Source of the DNA: Trypethelium eluteriae
Lineage: Eukaryota
Reading direction: 5' to 3'
NCBI GenBank assembly: GCA_051942245.1
Contig: JAVECL010000172.1
Span: 1 to 40,106, forward strand
DNA: 40,106 nt
Below are positions 1 through 10,751 of the stretch, in pieces. Both the position numbers and the translations under genes were made by a program. Each line of letters begins with the position of its first letter. The first letter of the stretch is position 1. The notes beneath the pieces are model-generated. The model ran no database searches. It worked only from the letters and a program-made list of their open reading frames with translations, and was not told the origin of the DNA.

Positions 1-1
1 G

Positions 2-439
2 TTGTTTGTTACGGGAGTGGAGGATGACATGCCCGAACACGAGATACGGACGCATTTCTCGAAGTTTGGCAAGCTGCGCTCGGTGGTCTGCTCACACCGG
101 TCACATTGCGCTTTCATCAATTATATGACGCGGAAGGATGCGGAGGTGGCGGCTGAGGCTTGCCAAGGGAAGGCAGTCGTCGCAGCGGTGCCTCTCAGAG
201 TGCAATGGGGCAAACCGAAGGTTCTAGACACAATGGACAGGGACCAGAGGATGGCACAAGCAAGGGCAGGGAGAGATACGGCTCGTGCCGTTGCTGGGTC
301 GTCGGGTGCAGGTACCAGCGGCCCTGTCAGTGCTCAATCTGGAAGAGCAGCTAGGGAAGCTGAGATTGAGAGTATGAGCGCAGTCGCACCTCCACCGGGG
401 GCGGATGATGTTCAATATGCTAGTCTGGCAGGCGACTAG
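2..439 (+). CDS. SLT11: Pre-mRNA splicing factor Slt11/Ecm2/Cwf5 (RBM22 family), 3' part; 5' end lies outside the window
   Basis: Open frame from the window edge encodes an RRM (FVTGVEDDMPEHEIRTHFSKFGKLRSVVCSHRSHCAFINY...VPLRVQWGKPK) and ends with VAPPPGADDVQYASLAGD*, a tail I recognise from filamentous-fungal Slt11. Stop TAG at 437-439. Confidence 0.85.
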   Translation: MFVTGVEDDMPEHEIRTHFSKFGKLRSVVCSHRSHCAFINYMTRKDAEVAAEACQGKAVVAAVPLRVQWGKPKVLDTMDRDQRMAQARAGRDTARAVAGSSGAGTSGPVSAQSGRAAREAEIESMSAVAPPPGADDVQYASLAGD

Positions 440-579
440 AGGGGTTTGGATGCAGCAAAGATGTTTCTCGAGATGATTTGATTTGATTTTACGAGCAAGG
501 CGTTGGTGACTATGGCATTGACAGCTCATTCGAAGAATGAAACCTGTATTGATAGAAAGCATTGTAGACTGCATGGGTA

Positions 580-1031
580 TCATGAAGAACGGGAACCGCC
601 TGTCAATCCAGCTAAAGTGTTTTTCCTCCCCTTGGCCAGCTTGATTGTCTCGTTGTCACCTCGTTCGGTGTGTTCGTGAAATCGTAGCTCTTTGAGGTCC
701 TGTCAGCAACGGTCGTGTTTCATTTCTGCCCAATGGTCCCATACTGTATCTCTCGCCATCCGAAAACTCGCCCTGCACAACATTTTCTCGTAGGACCCTC
801 GCTACCTCATTGGCGTAGAGAAGTTGTTCCGACTGCTCTTTGCTGCCTGAAGTAAGCTGACGATTGTCCTCAAATCCTTTCCGAACGTGAAACCTGGCAG
901 CATTCAGGCGAACAGAGTCACCTAAAAATTTTCCGTGAGCAGGCACGTCAGGCACTTCTTGGTGTAGTACCATTACCTTTGAAAGCCAGCCGTGCAGCAC
1001 GCAGAAGCTGACGATAAGCTTCAACAGCCAT
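580..1031 (-). CDS. MZM1: Mitochondrial zinc maintenance protein Mzm1 (LYRM7-type complex III Rieske chaperone), about 113 aa, 3 exons
   Basis: Manual splice: exons 1031-977, 921-745, 689-580; introns GTAATG..TAG (976-922) and GTATGG..GCTGAC..AAG (744-690). Product MAVEAYRQLLRAARLAFKGDSVRLNAARFHVRKGFE...VARVLRENVVQG...YKLRFHEHTERGDNETIK has the LYR-like AYR motif and the Mzm1 C-terminal LRxHExTExGDN signature. Confidence 0.88.
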
Positions 1032-1315
1032 CCCACCAACTATCAGGCAGACATGATTCGAAGAAGAAGCCTCACGAGCTGAGATGAGAATGAGTGGTTG
1101 AATTACTAGGTACTGTATGATCGACAACGAGGGCGTCCGCAGTTTTACCCGCGCGGCCGCACTCTTCCTCCCAGTGCTCCCTAACTCCGGCTTAGCCCCT
1201 CTTAGAATCACTTCTTATTGCAGCAGACCATGCGCATTAATGGGAAGTTATGAAGGAGAGTTCGAAGCTTGAGTCTGGGGAATGCAACGATCCTGCAACC
1301 TAATCGTATCCTGAT

Positions 1316-1348
1316 CTTGGCGTTGCCTTGGCGCTGCCTTGGCGTTGC
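1316..1348. repeat. Short tandem repeat, 11 bp x 3 (cttggcgytgc)
   Basis: cttggcgttgc / cttggcgctgc / cttggcgttgc read directly at 1316, 1327 and 1338. Confidence 0.85.
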
Positions 1349-3003
1349 TCGCGATGCACGCAACGTTCGCAATGCCCTTTCAGAAATTCTATGCTACTTG
1401 CATGAGACTGGCTCTTCATGCTGAGCGTAGGAGAAGTGTCAAGCAAAGGTTGATTTAAGCCGGCTAGAGCACAAGAGGCCTAGTTGTAGTGTGTTAAGCA
1501 GAGTGGGCTGAGTGGTGGGGTGATTAAGAAATTTATGCCGGTGCATAAACACCAAAGTGTTTCGCTCCATTTCCACGATTTGAGCTAGGAACCCTCCGCT
1601 GTTAGAAGTTTTCTGGTGCTGACTTCTAATTGGCCTGCTTGACCAGGTTGACCACACGTCATCTCCTCCGCTTCACACGAGACGAAAACATTAAGTTTTG
1701 TTGAGAACAACGAGCCACTACGGAGTACAATTTTACGAAAGTACCTTCGGTTCCAGTCAAATTCTAACCAAGGTAGAGCAGAAGCCACAGACAACAGCAT
1801 CAGTCTCAGAACTAAGCGTGTCGCATGTGTAATCCGTAGAGAAATATCAAGCTTCGAGAAGGAGACCTGAACCTTGAATCTGATGATACGACAAACGAGC
1901 TCCATACGAACTAGAGATATGACCCCATTTCCCTAGCAAGGAGAACCCGCCGGTACTCCGCAGCTATTACCGAAAGAGTGGTGAGAGTGGTCGCCGATCG
2001 GCTATATAGTTTCGGCGCATTCCGTCCAGGCAAGGAGCCGATTGGTTGCCAGTGTCTCGGTTGATGTAAGGTACCTACCCACCTCACCCATATACCTTGA
2101 GGTACTCCGTACCGTCGCAGAGCCCAAGGAGCACCGACGCCTTCGAGCTGATACACTTGTAAAACTATACACTCCAATTCGAAGGAAATGTTCCATACGA
2201 GGAGTATAAACAAGGTTAATTGACAAATTATAGGTGGTACTACTTCATACAGTTTCTCTGTGTAGACAGGCATCAACTCTGGTGGCATAAGAATCGTCTT
2301 AGTTGCAGACGGAAAGATGATTCAGCAGGAAGGGATTTTCTGTAGGGATCGGAAGGGAAGCTTAGAGCGTGTGAGTAGCTTTACTCACTCCCGTTCTGTT
2401 TATCCATATGACGTTTCATTTAGGAACCGATGATCGATAGACTTGTTTGTTGCCGTCTAATTGTAGCTTCCTGGTCTTTCTAGAACGGAAGATCGCCGTA
2501 CCGACGTAATCGTGCCAGTCGGAACTCGCTGCATATGCGTTCCCTTGCTCTACAATAGGCTGTGCTCTTCCCGCCTCGTTTGATGAGACTCAAGGATATT
2601 AGCCGTGCAAGGCAGCCCAGAAACCAAGGCGCGCGAAACCCCAGCGTAGCGGCTCTAGCCGTCTTGCCGGATAACTTCAACCCTAAACTCAACAAGGACC
2701 TGAGCACCTGAGGGAGAACCCGTCACACAAGGGAGCATGGCTGAAACAATTTTTTGCCGCGAAAGCCCAAGAACATTTCCAATGCTAACTCATCGCCGAT
2801 AGAAGACGTGTACGAGGGCTTCTCTTATATTACTGCCAAGTCCAATGCCGATCAAACGGACTGCCGGATATGCTGTTCGAAGACTGATTTCTTTTCTTTC
2901 TTGCTTTGAAGACCTCTTCTTGTTCTGAGAGCTGGCTCGCAGGCTCGTGAGGCATCCGCTCTCTCGCAACATCGTACCAGAGAATCGTTCCACTCGGTTC
3001 AAT

Positions 3004-4744
3004 ATGTCTTCTCTGAGCTCTCGGTCTACAGACCTCGGTGCTCCGTCCAGTGTACGCTCTGGCACCGTGTTTCTTATCTCTTCGGATGGCAAGATTCTCA
3101 ATCTTCCAATTCCTTCTGACTCCCGCTATGATCCTCTCAACTGGAGCACTCGCAAGCGTGCCCTGGCCCTTCTGTCAATTGTAGTGTACTCCTTAGTCGG
3201 ACTGGTGCTTCCCCAAGGTGCGGGTTTGACAACGAACGGACTTCAAATCGAGTTTGCGGGGAAGGTGCGTTGCAGACTTTCCCTCCTCCATCCGTTCTAT
3301 TCCCCGCAATTCAAAATATCATCTTAATATGTGATTAGCTTACCAAGCCTTTCGGTATCGACGTCATCATCTCAGGACCGACATTTTTCATGGGCATCGG
3401 TGCCTTCATCTGGATCCCACTGAGCCTTTGGCTTGGTCGACGCCCAGTCTTCGTTGCCGGTTCGGTCATGATGTTGCTGGGGACACTTGCTGCTGCCTTC
3501 GCGACAAACTACGCCACTCTCTTAATCGCTGTCTGTGTCCTTGGGCTCACCGAGGGATTTTCCTTGAGTGCGGTACGCAAAAAGAATTGAAGCATCAGCT
3601 TGCCAAGCGTATTGACGATCGACTATAGGGGTTGCTCATCATCATCGATCTGACCTTCATCCACCAAAGGCCAAATGCAATTGCCATGCTGTGGTCCATC
3701 ATCGGCTTCCTGGGAGTGTCTTCTCTCGTCACTGTCCCATTTCTCACCAACAACGGACTCAATTGGCGAGGCTTCTACAGGTTTTGGGCCTTCCCTGCCG
3801 CCGTCTCATGCCTACTGGCCTTCTTCCTCTTTCCTGAGACATTCTACAAGCGTCCAGCCGTGGCTTTTGATGGCCGCCTAATCGTGCAGAGCGCTGAGGA
3901 GGACGTGATCATCTATGATGATCCAAAGGAAGATGTTCTCGATAAGCTTCTTCCAGTTGATCCAGAACGTTCTTGGGGGCGGAGATTCTTGGAGCTTTTC
4001 ACACTTCCACGAGCGGCTGCAGGACGTTGGCGGGCCACGGGACGTTGCTACATTCAGGTCCTCTTCTGCTTTGCCAACCCATTGATCTTCTGGGTCGCAC
4101 TGCTCAACGCCATGAGTTTCGCGGGAATGATCTTCATCGGCGAGACGTACAACGAAGTTCTCAGCAAGCCGCCGTACCAGCTCCCTAGCCATCTCATCAT
4201 GTTTGTCAACGTCTGCTCCGGTACTGGAAGTCTTCTCTCGGGGCTGGCACAAGGTCCGTTGATGACGCGGCTGATGAAGTCCCTCACAATGCGGAATAAA
4301 GGCGTCCGCGAAGCTGAGCACTACCTGATCATGTTCATCCTCCCCGTTCTGACTGGTGCAGCAAGTACTTGGATTTACGGAATGGCGACTCAGCTGCGAT
4401 GGAGCGCTGCATTTGTATATCTTGCGTACGGCCTTAATGGATTCAACTTCGCAGGGCTAGCTATCGCTAATACGCTCTGGGTCACCGAGGCGTTTCCCCC
4501 TTGGGCAGCACCAGCTCTTGTCGTGGTTGGCGGTGGCAGCTACGTGCTCAGTTTTAGTCTGAGCTTCGCGCTCGTGCCTTGGATCCAGAGCCAGGGCATG
4601 CTAAAAGTCGGATTCGAGCTTGCTGCAGCGCAACTAGGCCTGGGTCTCATTGTCATTCCTCTAGCTTTCTGGGGCAAGGGTGCCAGACAATACATCCATG
4701 GACGGTGGGGAGAGGGAAGGGATGGTGCTTTGCGGCCGCAGTGA
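3004..4744 (+). CDS. Major facilitator superfamily transporter (fungal Hol1/DHA1-like), about 536 aa, 3 exons; start codon uncertain
   Basis: Exons 3004-3264, 3339-3572, 3629-4744; introns GTGCGT..TAG and GTACGC..TAG keep the frame. Contains LPIPSDSRYDPLNWSTRKR (PxPSxxxxDPLNW), the MFS motif-A-like WLGRRPVF, IIDLTFIHQR, FLFPETFYKR and many hydrophobic helices. A possible acceptor (cgcag, 2938-2942) means an upstream exon cannot be excluded. Confidence 0.85.
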
Positions 4745-4978
4745 AGTCACTAGATCGGTGCTATATGTCTTTTCGTATTTGGTCTTAGCGAAGGTATCGA
4801 AAGTTCTGTTCCAGGGCTCGCCTTGCCTCGACTCATAGATCGACGTAACATGATGGTGATAATGATCGATCAAGCTCAGTATGTAGCTCCGGAAAGGTCG
4901 CCAGCAAGCCGAGGATGGTACTTAGGACAATACCCTACGGCGACTCAGGAAGCTATACAAGATAGCTAAAACCGAGCT

Positions 4979-7900
4979 CTAATTGTGGGGTCGTTCGCGC
5001 GACCACCTGGCGCGTAGCTTCTTTAATGCATTACTTCGAGCGCCAAGCTTCTTCCTGTCTTTGCCGCATTTTGATCTCACTCGCTCCATAATCTCTTCAA
5101 GTTGCTCAGCTTTTTGCTTGCCGAAGTCTGAGTGAATTTTCCCTATTTCCGACAAGGATCCCCACCCAGCTCCCGCAACGAGTAGTGTCTCAAAGACTTT
5201 GCAGTGGAAGGCCCAATCTTCATCTGGTTCATCAGGCGGAAGTTCGAAGGCTAAATGGTTCAAAAAACATCCCCAAATTGTGAAGCCACGGAGTGGTAAA
5301 TTAGGGTTCGCTTTATGATCGATGAAACTTTGAATGACGTGGAATAGGTTGTCCCTATCGGTGGGAGACAATAGCCTGCTAGGCATTAGGAACAGTCCCC
5401 ACAAGGTATTCCCCTTTCGGGAAATATTGGGATCTGCTCCATACTGGAGAAGTAGGTCAAGAACTCGACAGAAATGTCGCGAAAAAGACTCGGTCTGTGA
5501 TCTTCGCTCATCGCCGTACTTATATTTCCAGCAGTTGGATAGAAACTTGCCAAAAGCAGTTGAGTCAGAGAAAGTCATATTTGAATCCGCACCCTTGTCA
5601 AGGAGAAGTTGCACCATTTCCACAGAACCCCGTTGGAAGTCTCCCAATACGCAGGCCTCTAACGCGAATCCCAGCAAATTTCCGGTCTCCAACACGGATG
5701 GGTCTCTGCAAATTCGTAGCTTGATGTATTCGATGAGCCCCACTGATACGCAATAACACAGAAAGAGGACCTGACCATCCATACGAACAGCATCTGTATC
5801 AGGCAAACGCGGTTGTATCAAGCGAATATGGTTTCTTTTTATCATACTCTGCTCGAGTTCATCGAGTACTGCACTTTGAGCCTGTTTTGTGGTGATTTCA
5901 GCCTCGCGTGCAACGATGCAGATTCTTTTGACCTTGTCCAACAATGAGTGTTCTTCGCTTGAAGTGCAGGCCTCCGATGGAAAGCCCTTGTACTCTCCCA
6001 GTAAAGCAAGGCATAAAAAGCTGTAAACTTCAAAGCCATGGTCTGTGCCTGAGCAATAAAGCCTTTGATTCTCTAGTAAGAAGTCTCTGACTGTCCCATG
6101 AAGAAAATCGACGTCATGTGCAAAGTAGACAGTGGATGGAAGCGGATTCATCACCACTTCCAAGAGGCCCTGGGTAACAGCATTGATTTGCTTGCGAGTG
6201 CGTTTTTGTCGTTTAGAAATGTTACGAGAAGTCAATGGTTGCAAACCCCAGCGGTATATATCTTCGGAATCCTCTTCGTCGAGCATGGAGTAAGCCATCA
6301 AAGAAAAGGGTGAAGGTGCGACCAACGCCATCTTAAAGGTCCGTTCAGACTTTTGTTTGTAGAACTTCTCAATACCATCAAGCATGCGCTGGAAAAGGGA
6401 CTCAAGCTCATCGGGTAGCTCATCAAGCCTGCTTTCAAGAGTGGGGATTGTATCGTCTGACCTCAACCCTTGCAATAGCGAGCGTACCGCAAGAAATACC
6501 CAGAGAAATACTCCTTGTGCTTTGCCCAAGACTTTTGAGATGAATTGTCCGTAACGTGAATCTCCAGATTTTGCCAAGAGGAAATCCTCGTTCGCTTCCA
6601 AGTGATCCCTCACATAAATCTCAATGTCCTTTCTGGTCAAGTCTTGAAGACAGAGGCGACAATTGCTTGTGTCATATGCTGCTCTGAAGACCACCCATGG
6701 GCGGCACGAAACACACAATTTAACGTTGGGTATTGCAGCTGCATGGGCCAATAGTTCCAGTAGTTCGGAGTGATCTCCTTCGTATTCATCAAGCCCATCG
6801 ACAAGGAAGCAGAATTTGGCGGAAACAGTGGCTTGCGTGCCCAGCCGTTTCAATGTCTCGAAAAGCTCCGCTCGACTCCAGATTTTCAACTCAGTAGTCG
6901 ATTTCCATCTTTCAGGGCAGATGACTGGTATAAGTTCTGGGCATTCTCGTAGTATTTCATACAGCAATGACCTTAACAGGCCCTCTTGCGATTTCTGCAA
7001 TTGCGTCCCCGCATGCCAGAAGTAGTGACTAGCAATGATGAGTCTCTTATTTGATCCGGCCCACTTTCTGAGAAGTATCTCTGTCTGCGGATGGTGATTG
7101 AGAAACTTCACTAAGGTCGATTTTCCAGATCCAGCTTTGCCGGTAATCCAATAGATACCGTTACCATCATGCGGAGTTTCCAGCCACTCTCGGAGTGTCA
7201 TATCCCGCTTTGACGGCTCAATCGTGTCCGTTGCTGATTTATTTAATGGCTCCGTTATTGCTCTGAAAATCCACTCGAAGGTTGCCGCGTGTGCTTCCCG
7301 AATGTTTGATTGCCGAACTGGTAAAGACTCGAAGTTCAGACTGCTTAGAACGAGCTGTTCTTGACTAAGCTGTGCTACTGTGGCTGCTGTCGTCACTGTC
7401 GTCGCAAGGCACGTATGCAAAGTTGATAATTCTTGACTGCCCAAAGCCTTGTCAGTATTGCGTTCAATCGATTTTAGGGATTGCATAACGCCATCCAAAG
7501 ATTGGTGGCGATTGATCTGCATATCCTCAATAGACTTTTGTAGATTGCGTAGATCTCGTTGCAGGCTCGATCCTGTGTCGCTACATTCATTAGCGATTTG
7601 ACGCTACGGGTCAACCAAGGAGCGGCGTGGAGGAGAATATTGACCCAGTCACAGTGTGAAGGAACCCCCAGTGACAATGTGTTTTTATGCCTATACTGCG
7701 TATAGTAACTCTTAAACTTACCGTGTCAGCATTGCCATTTGTAGTGTAAGTTCAGAACGATGCGTAGCAAGGCTCCGCTCGAGCGCTCGAATGTTGCCCT
7801 CCTTTCCCGCACCGCGGAGAGCTTGTCTTAGGCTTTGTATTCGTCGCTTGCCTCCTCGAAGTCCGGGGTCTAACTTCAGATCATTCACCATGTCAATCAA

Positions 7901-8365
7901 CTCAGCCGCTATTTTGTGACAAGACCTTGCGAGCTGTTGCAATTCCGCTTCACTACCGGACATCTTCTGGGTTCCCTCCCAGGTGCGGGAGAATTCGGGA
8001 CGCCTTTGCATTTCCGCTCCATTTGGGGCCGACTCTTGCACTGCTGTAGATATCTGCTCGAGGCTGCAACGCCCCTGCACTTCCGCTCTTCTGTCTGATG
8101 CTTCCAGAAGTTCTTTAGACGTTTGGTCAAGCTGAGGACGCCCTTGAACTCCTAGTCCATTCCCATTGAGCCCTGGATCTCCTTCGAGCGATATGGCAAG
8201 CTTGCGAAGGTGTTGTGCAACCAACTCTGTATCGATGAGTTCCCTCGAACATCCTACAGCAGACCTGTATTGCTCTACGCTCTTCGATATCACTCCACTT
8301 GTGTAATCCACGAACTGTACAATATTGCCGGCGAGCCCAAGTGCAGAGATCGGATCGAGAACCAT
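4979..8365 (-). CDS. Fungal NLR-like STAND protein: N-terminal SesA/HeLo-like-type helical domain, NACHT NTPase and C-terminal degenerate ankyrin-like repeats, about 1081 aa, 2 exons
   Basis: Exons 8365-7722 and 7580-4979 are joined by intron GTAAGT..GCTAAT..TAG (7721-7581), giving ...MAMLTR|DTGSSLQRDL... in frame. The N-terminus MVLDPISALGLAGNIVQFVD is typical of fungal NLR effector domains. Walker A YWITGKAGSGKSTLVK, Walker B FLVDGLDEY, VSCRPW, GVFLWVFL, winged-helix VDFLHGTVRDFL and LLxxGAxPN repeats are present. Confidence 0.88.
7943..8149 (-). repeat. Degenerate in-frame tandem repeat, 69 bp (23 aa) x 3, inside the NLR N-terminal domain
   Basis: Plus-strand anchors ttgcaattccgct (7937), ttgcatttccgct (8006), ctgcacttccgct (8075) and ttgaactcctagt (8144) are exactly 69 bp apart. 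Peptides: VQGRPQLDQTSKELLEASDRRAE / VQGRCSLEQISTAVQESAPNGAE / MQRRPEFSRTWEGTQKMSGSEAE. Confidence 0.8.
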
Positions 8366-9151
8366 ACCGGTGGGCCGTTTATAACGAGAGGTGACGGGTA
8401 GAGTGACTGGTCAGGTTCCTCTCACTGAGGATCAGGTAGGTGAAGCCTTATTGTGGATGTGAGGAGTGGAGGGAATTATACACGACATGGTGTCAGGCTA
8501 CTATCTTGAATCATGGCTGCAAGGCTGACTGCAAGGCCGGCTGTACCTCCCTGCGGTGGGAGGTGACCCGAGCCGACTTGGTCAGTATCGATGCATGTTA
8601 AGCCTGACGTCCTCCGAGGGTAGCCTCGCAGTGGCGTCGTATTATCCTGTTTGTACAGAGGTGACAGCAGAGAAATCTTCCCTGTAGTTTTGGTGGAGTC
8701 TTCAAGTAGACTACTATAGCCGCGAATGAGTGAACAGAGCTTTTGCCCTTAAGTGGTTGCTATTCAATCTAACAATGCAATTGATGTAGAGAGTTGCTCG
8801 GCGGTGCGAAAGATCAAGAGCTGGATTGAGCAGTACCATAGAGCTATGTGACGACTAGGCTTTTATTCCAGCTGATGATCTGCACTGTCCACGGTATTCC
8901 TGTCATGGGTTCATTTTCCACTTGAATACCTACCTAATTAGTTTCCGAAGCTGTTTTTTGCTTTTTGTTCAGTTACTAGTATGAGCAGATACTAAGGTAC
9001 GGAACCGTGGGAAGTCCGGTGCAGTGCCTCCAGCTCGCCCGGACTTTTCCCGCTGCCTCAAGAAATTTCCCATTCTCTCTCTCTCTTACAACATCCTTGT
9101 CCGCCATTTATCTTACACGGCGTCTGTCAATTAACGTTGCGCACTGCAATC

Positions 9152-10539
9152 ATGACGGCTGTTACGCAAGTGGCTCTTCCGCTGCCCATTCTACCGGAGG
9201 GTTGGTCGGCAGAGAAGGATTTCAAGGCCGTCGGACCACTCTCACCACCAACCCAGCGCAACATTGAGCCTGTTGGGCCTCATTTCCTAGCCCATGCACG
9301 TAGGGTAAGTTTGCCAAGCTCCTCATGCATTCAATTGAATCTCATCAATGTATCTAGAAACGCCACAAACGTACCTTCTCCGAGGATGAGCGTATTCAAG
9401 CCCAAGAAACCGCCAAAAAAGTCGAAGATGACGATGCAGGTGAAATCTCTGAACCCGAAGATCCTCTAATGCTGCAACGCGATGCCAAGGACTGGAAAGG
9501 TCAAGATCATTATGCTGTTCTCGGCTTGTCCAAACATCGCTACCGCGCTACCGAGGACCAAATCAAACGTGCCCACCGCAAGAAAGTACTGAAGCACCAC
9601 CCAGACAAGAAAGCCGCCGCAGGAAGCACCGAGGATGACAGCTTCTTCAAATGCATCCAAAAAGCTACCGAAGTCCTCCTCGATCCCGTTAAGCGTCGCC
9701 AATTTGACAGCGTCGACGAAGGCGCCAACGTCGAAACCCCCTCCAAGAAGCAAACGCAAAGGGGCAACTTCTACAAGCTCTGGAACCCGGTCTTCGACTC
9801 CGAAGCCCGCTTCTCCAAAGTGCATCCTGTGCCGTGTCTTGGCGATGAGAACTCTTCCAAAGATGACGTCTACAACTTCTACGAATTCTGGTATCACTTC
9901 GACAGCTGGCGCAGCTTCGAGTACCAAGATGAAGACGTGCCCGACGATAACGAGAACCGCGATCAGAAGCGGCACGTTGAGAAGAAAAATCAGAATCGGC
10001 GCAAGAAGCTGAAGACGGAGGATACGCAACGGTTGCGGAAGTTGGTGGATGATGCGCTGGCGCTGGATGAGCGAATTAAGAAATTCAAGCAGCAGGAGTA
10101 TAACGAGAAGAATAAAAAGAAGCTGGAGAAGGAAGCAGAGGCGAAGCGGGCCCAGGAGGAGGCGAAGAAGGCGAAGGAAGAGGAGGCGAGGTTGGCGAAG
10201 GAACGGGACGAGGCAGAGAAGGCGGAGAAGGCGGAGGGGAAGAAAGCAAAGGAGGCGGCGAAGAATGCAGCGAAAAAGAACAAGAGGGTGTTGCGGGGAG
10301 CGGCGAAGGATGCGAATTACTTCCACGAAGGGGGAAATGCTCCGGCAGACAAGATTGATAAAGCTTTGGCAGATGTTGACTTGGTCATCGCCAAGATTGA
10401 CAATGAGCAGTTGGCTCTGCTGTCCTCCAAGCTTAATGGCAAGACGGACGCGGCAGAGATTAAAAGTATCTTTGTAGACGAGGTCAAGACAATAACGGGG
10501 GCTGGCAAGATCAAAGAAGGTGAAATTAAGTCCTTTTGA
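9152..10539 (+). CDS. ZUO1: Zuotin, ribosome-associated J-protein (RAC subunit), about 444 aa, 2 exons
   Basis: Exons 9152-9304 and 9358-10539; intron GTAAGT..TAG. IEPVGPHFLAHARR|KRHKRTFSEDER, J-domain QDHYAVLGL...KHHPDK, zuotin homology FYEFWYHFDSWRSFEY and a charged K/E/A helix. Confidence 0.95.
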
Positions 10540-10751
10540 CGAGTAGCGTGGTTGTAGGAGTTGAGCGGTCAGTCACTAGAACAGACGTGTGTTGATTAGC
10601 TTTACAGCTAGTAATATACATAGATAATGTCCTCCAAATCTAGCAATACATGGCAATGGGTATCTCCTCACACAAGAATGAACAGCGCCTACCTGTGCCA
10701 TCAGTCATACCAGTTCTCTTGGACCCAAACTCAGCTCAAACAGACCATCCC

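Noticed and set aside
2371..2388. Perfect small hairpin gtgagta-gctt-tactcac
   Set aside because: An isolated 7-bp stem is expected by chance in 40 kb and has no supporting context.
1439..2707. Several 72-125 aa ORFs, plus a protein-looking + frame (2040-2345) broken by TAA stops suggestive of a RIP-decayed pseudogene
   Set aside because: No recognisable motifs or consistent splice pattern; four stops in about 100 codons is what random sequence gives. A tblastx/blastx search would be needed to rescue it.
7937..8156. Regularly spaced 13-bp words with variable intervening sequence, superficially CRISPR-like
   Set aside because: Eukaryotic locus, in-frame within a coding exon, degenerate units and no cas genes; it is a coding minisatellite.
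8400..9100. Hairpin acctccc-tgcggt-gggaggt (about 8545-8564) and short ctgcaaggc duplication as possible ncRNA or MITE
   Set aside because: Stems are only about 7 bp; no tRNA cloverleaf, A/B boxes, terminal inverted repeats or target-site duplication recognised.
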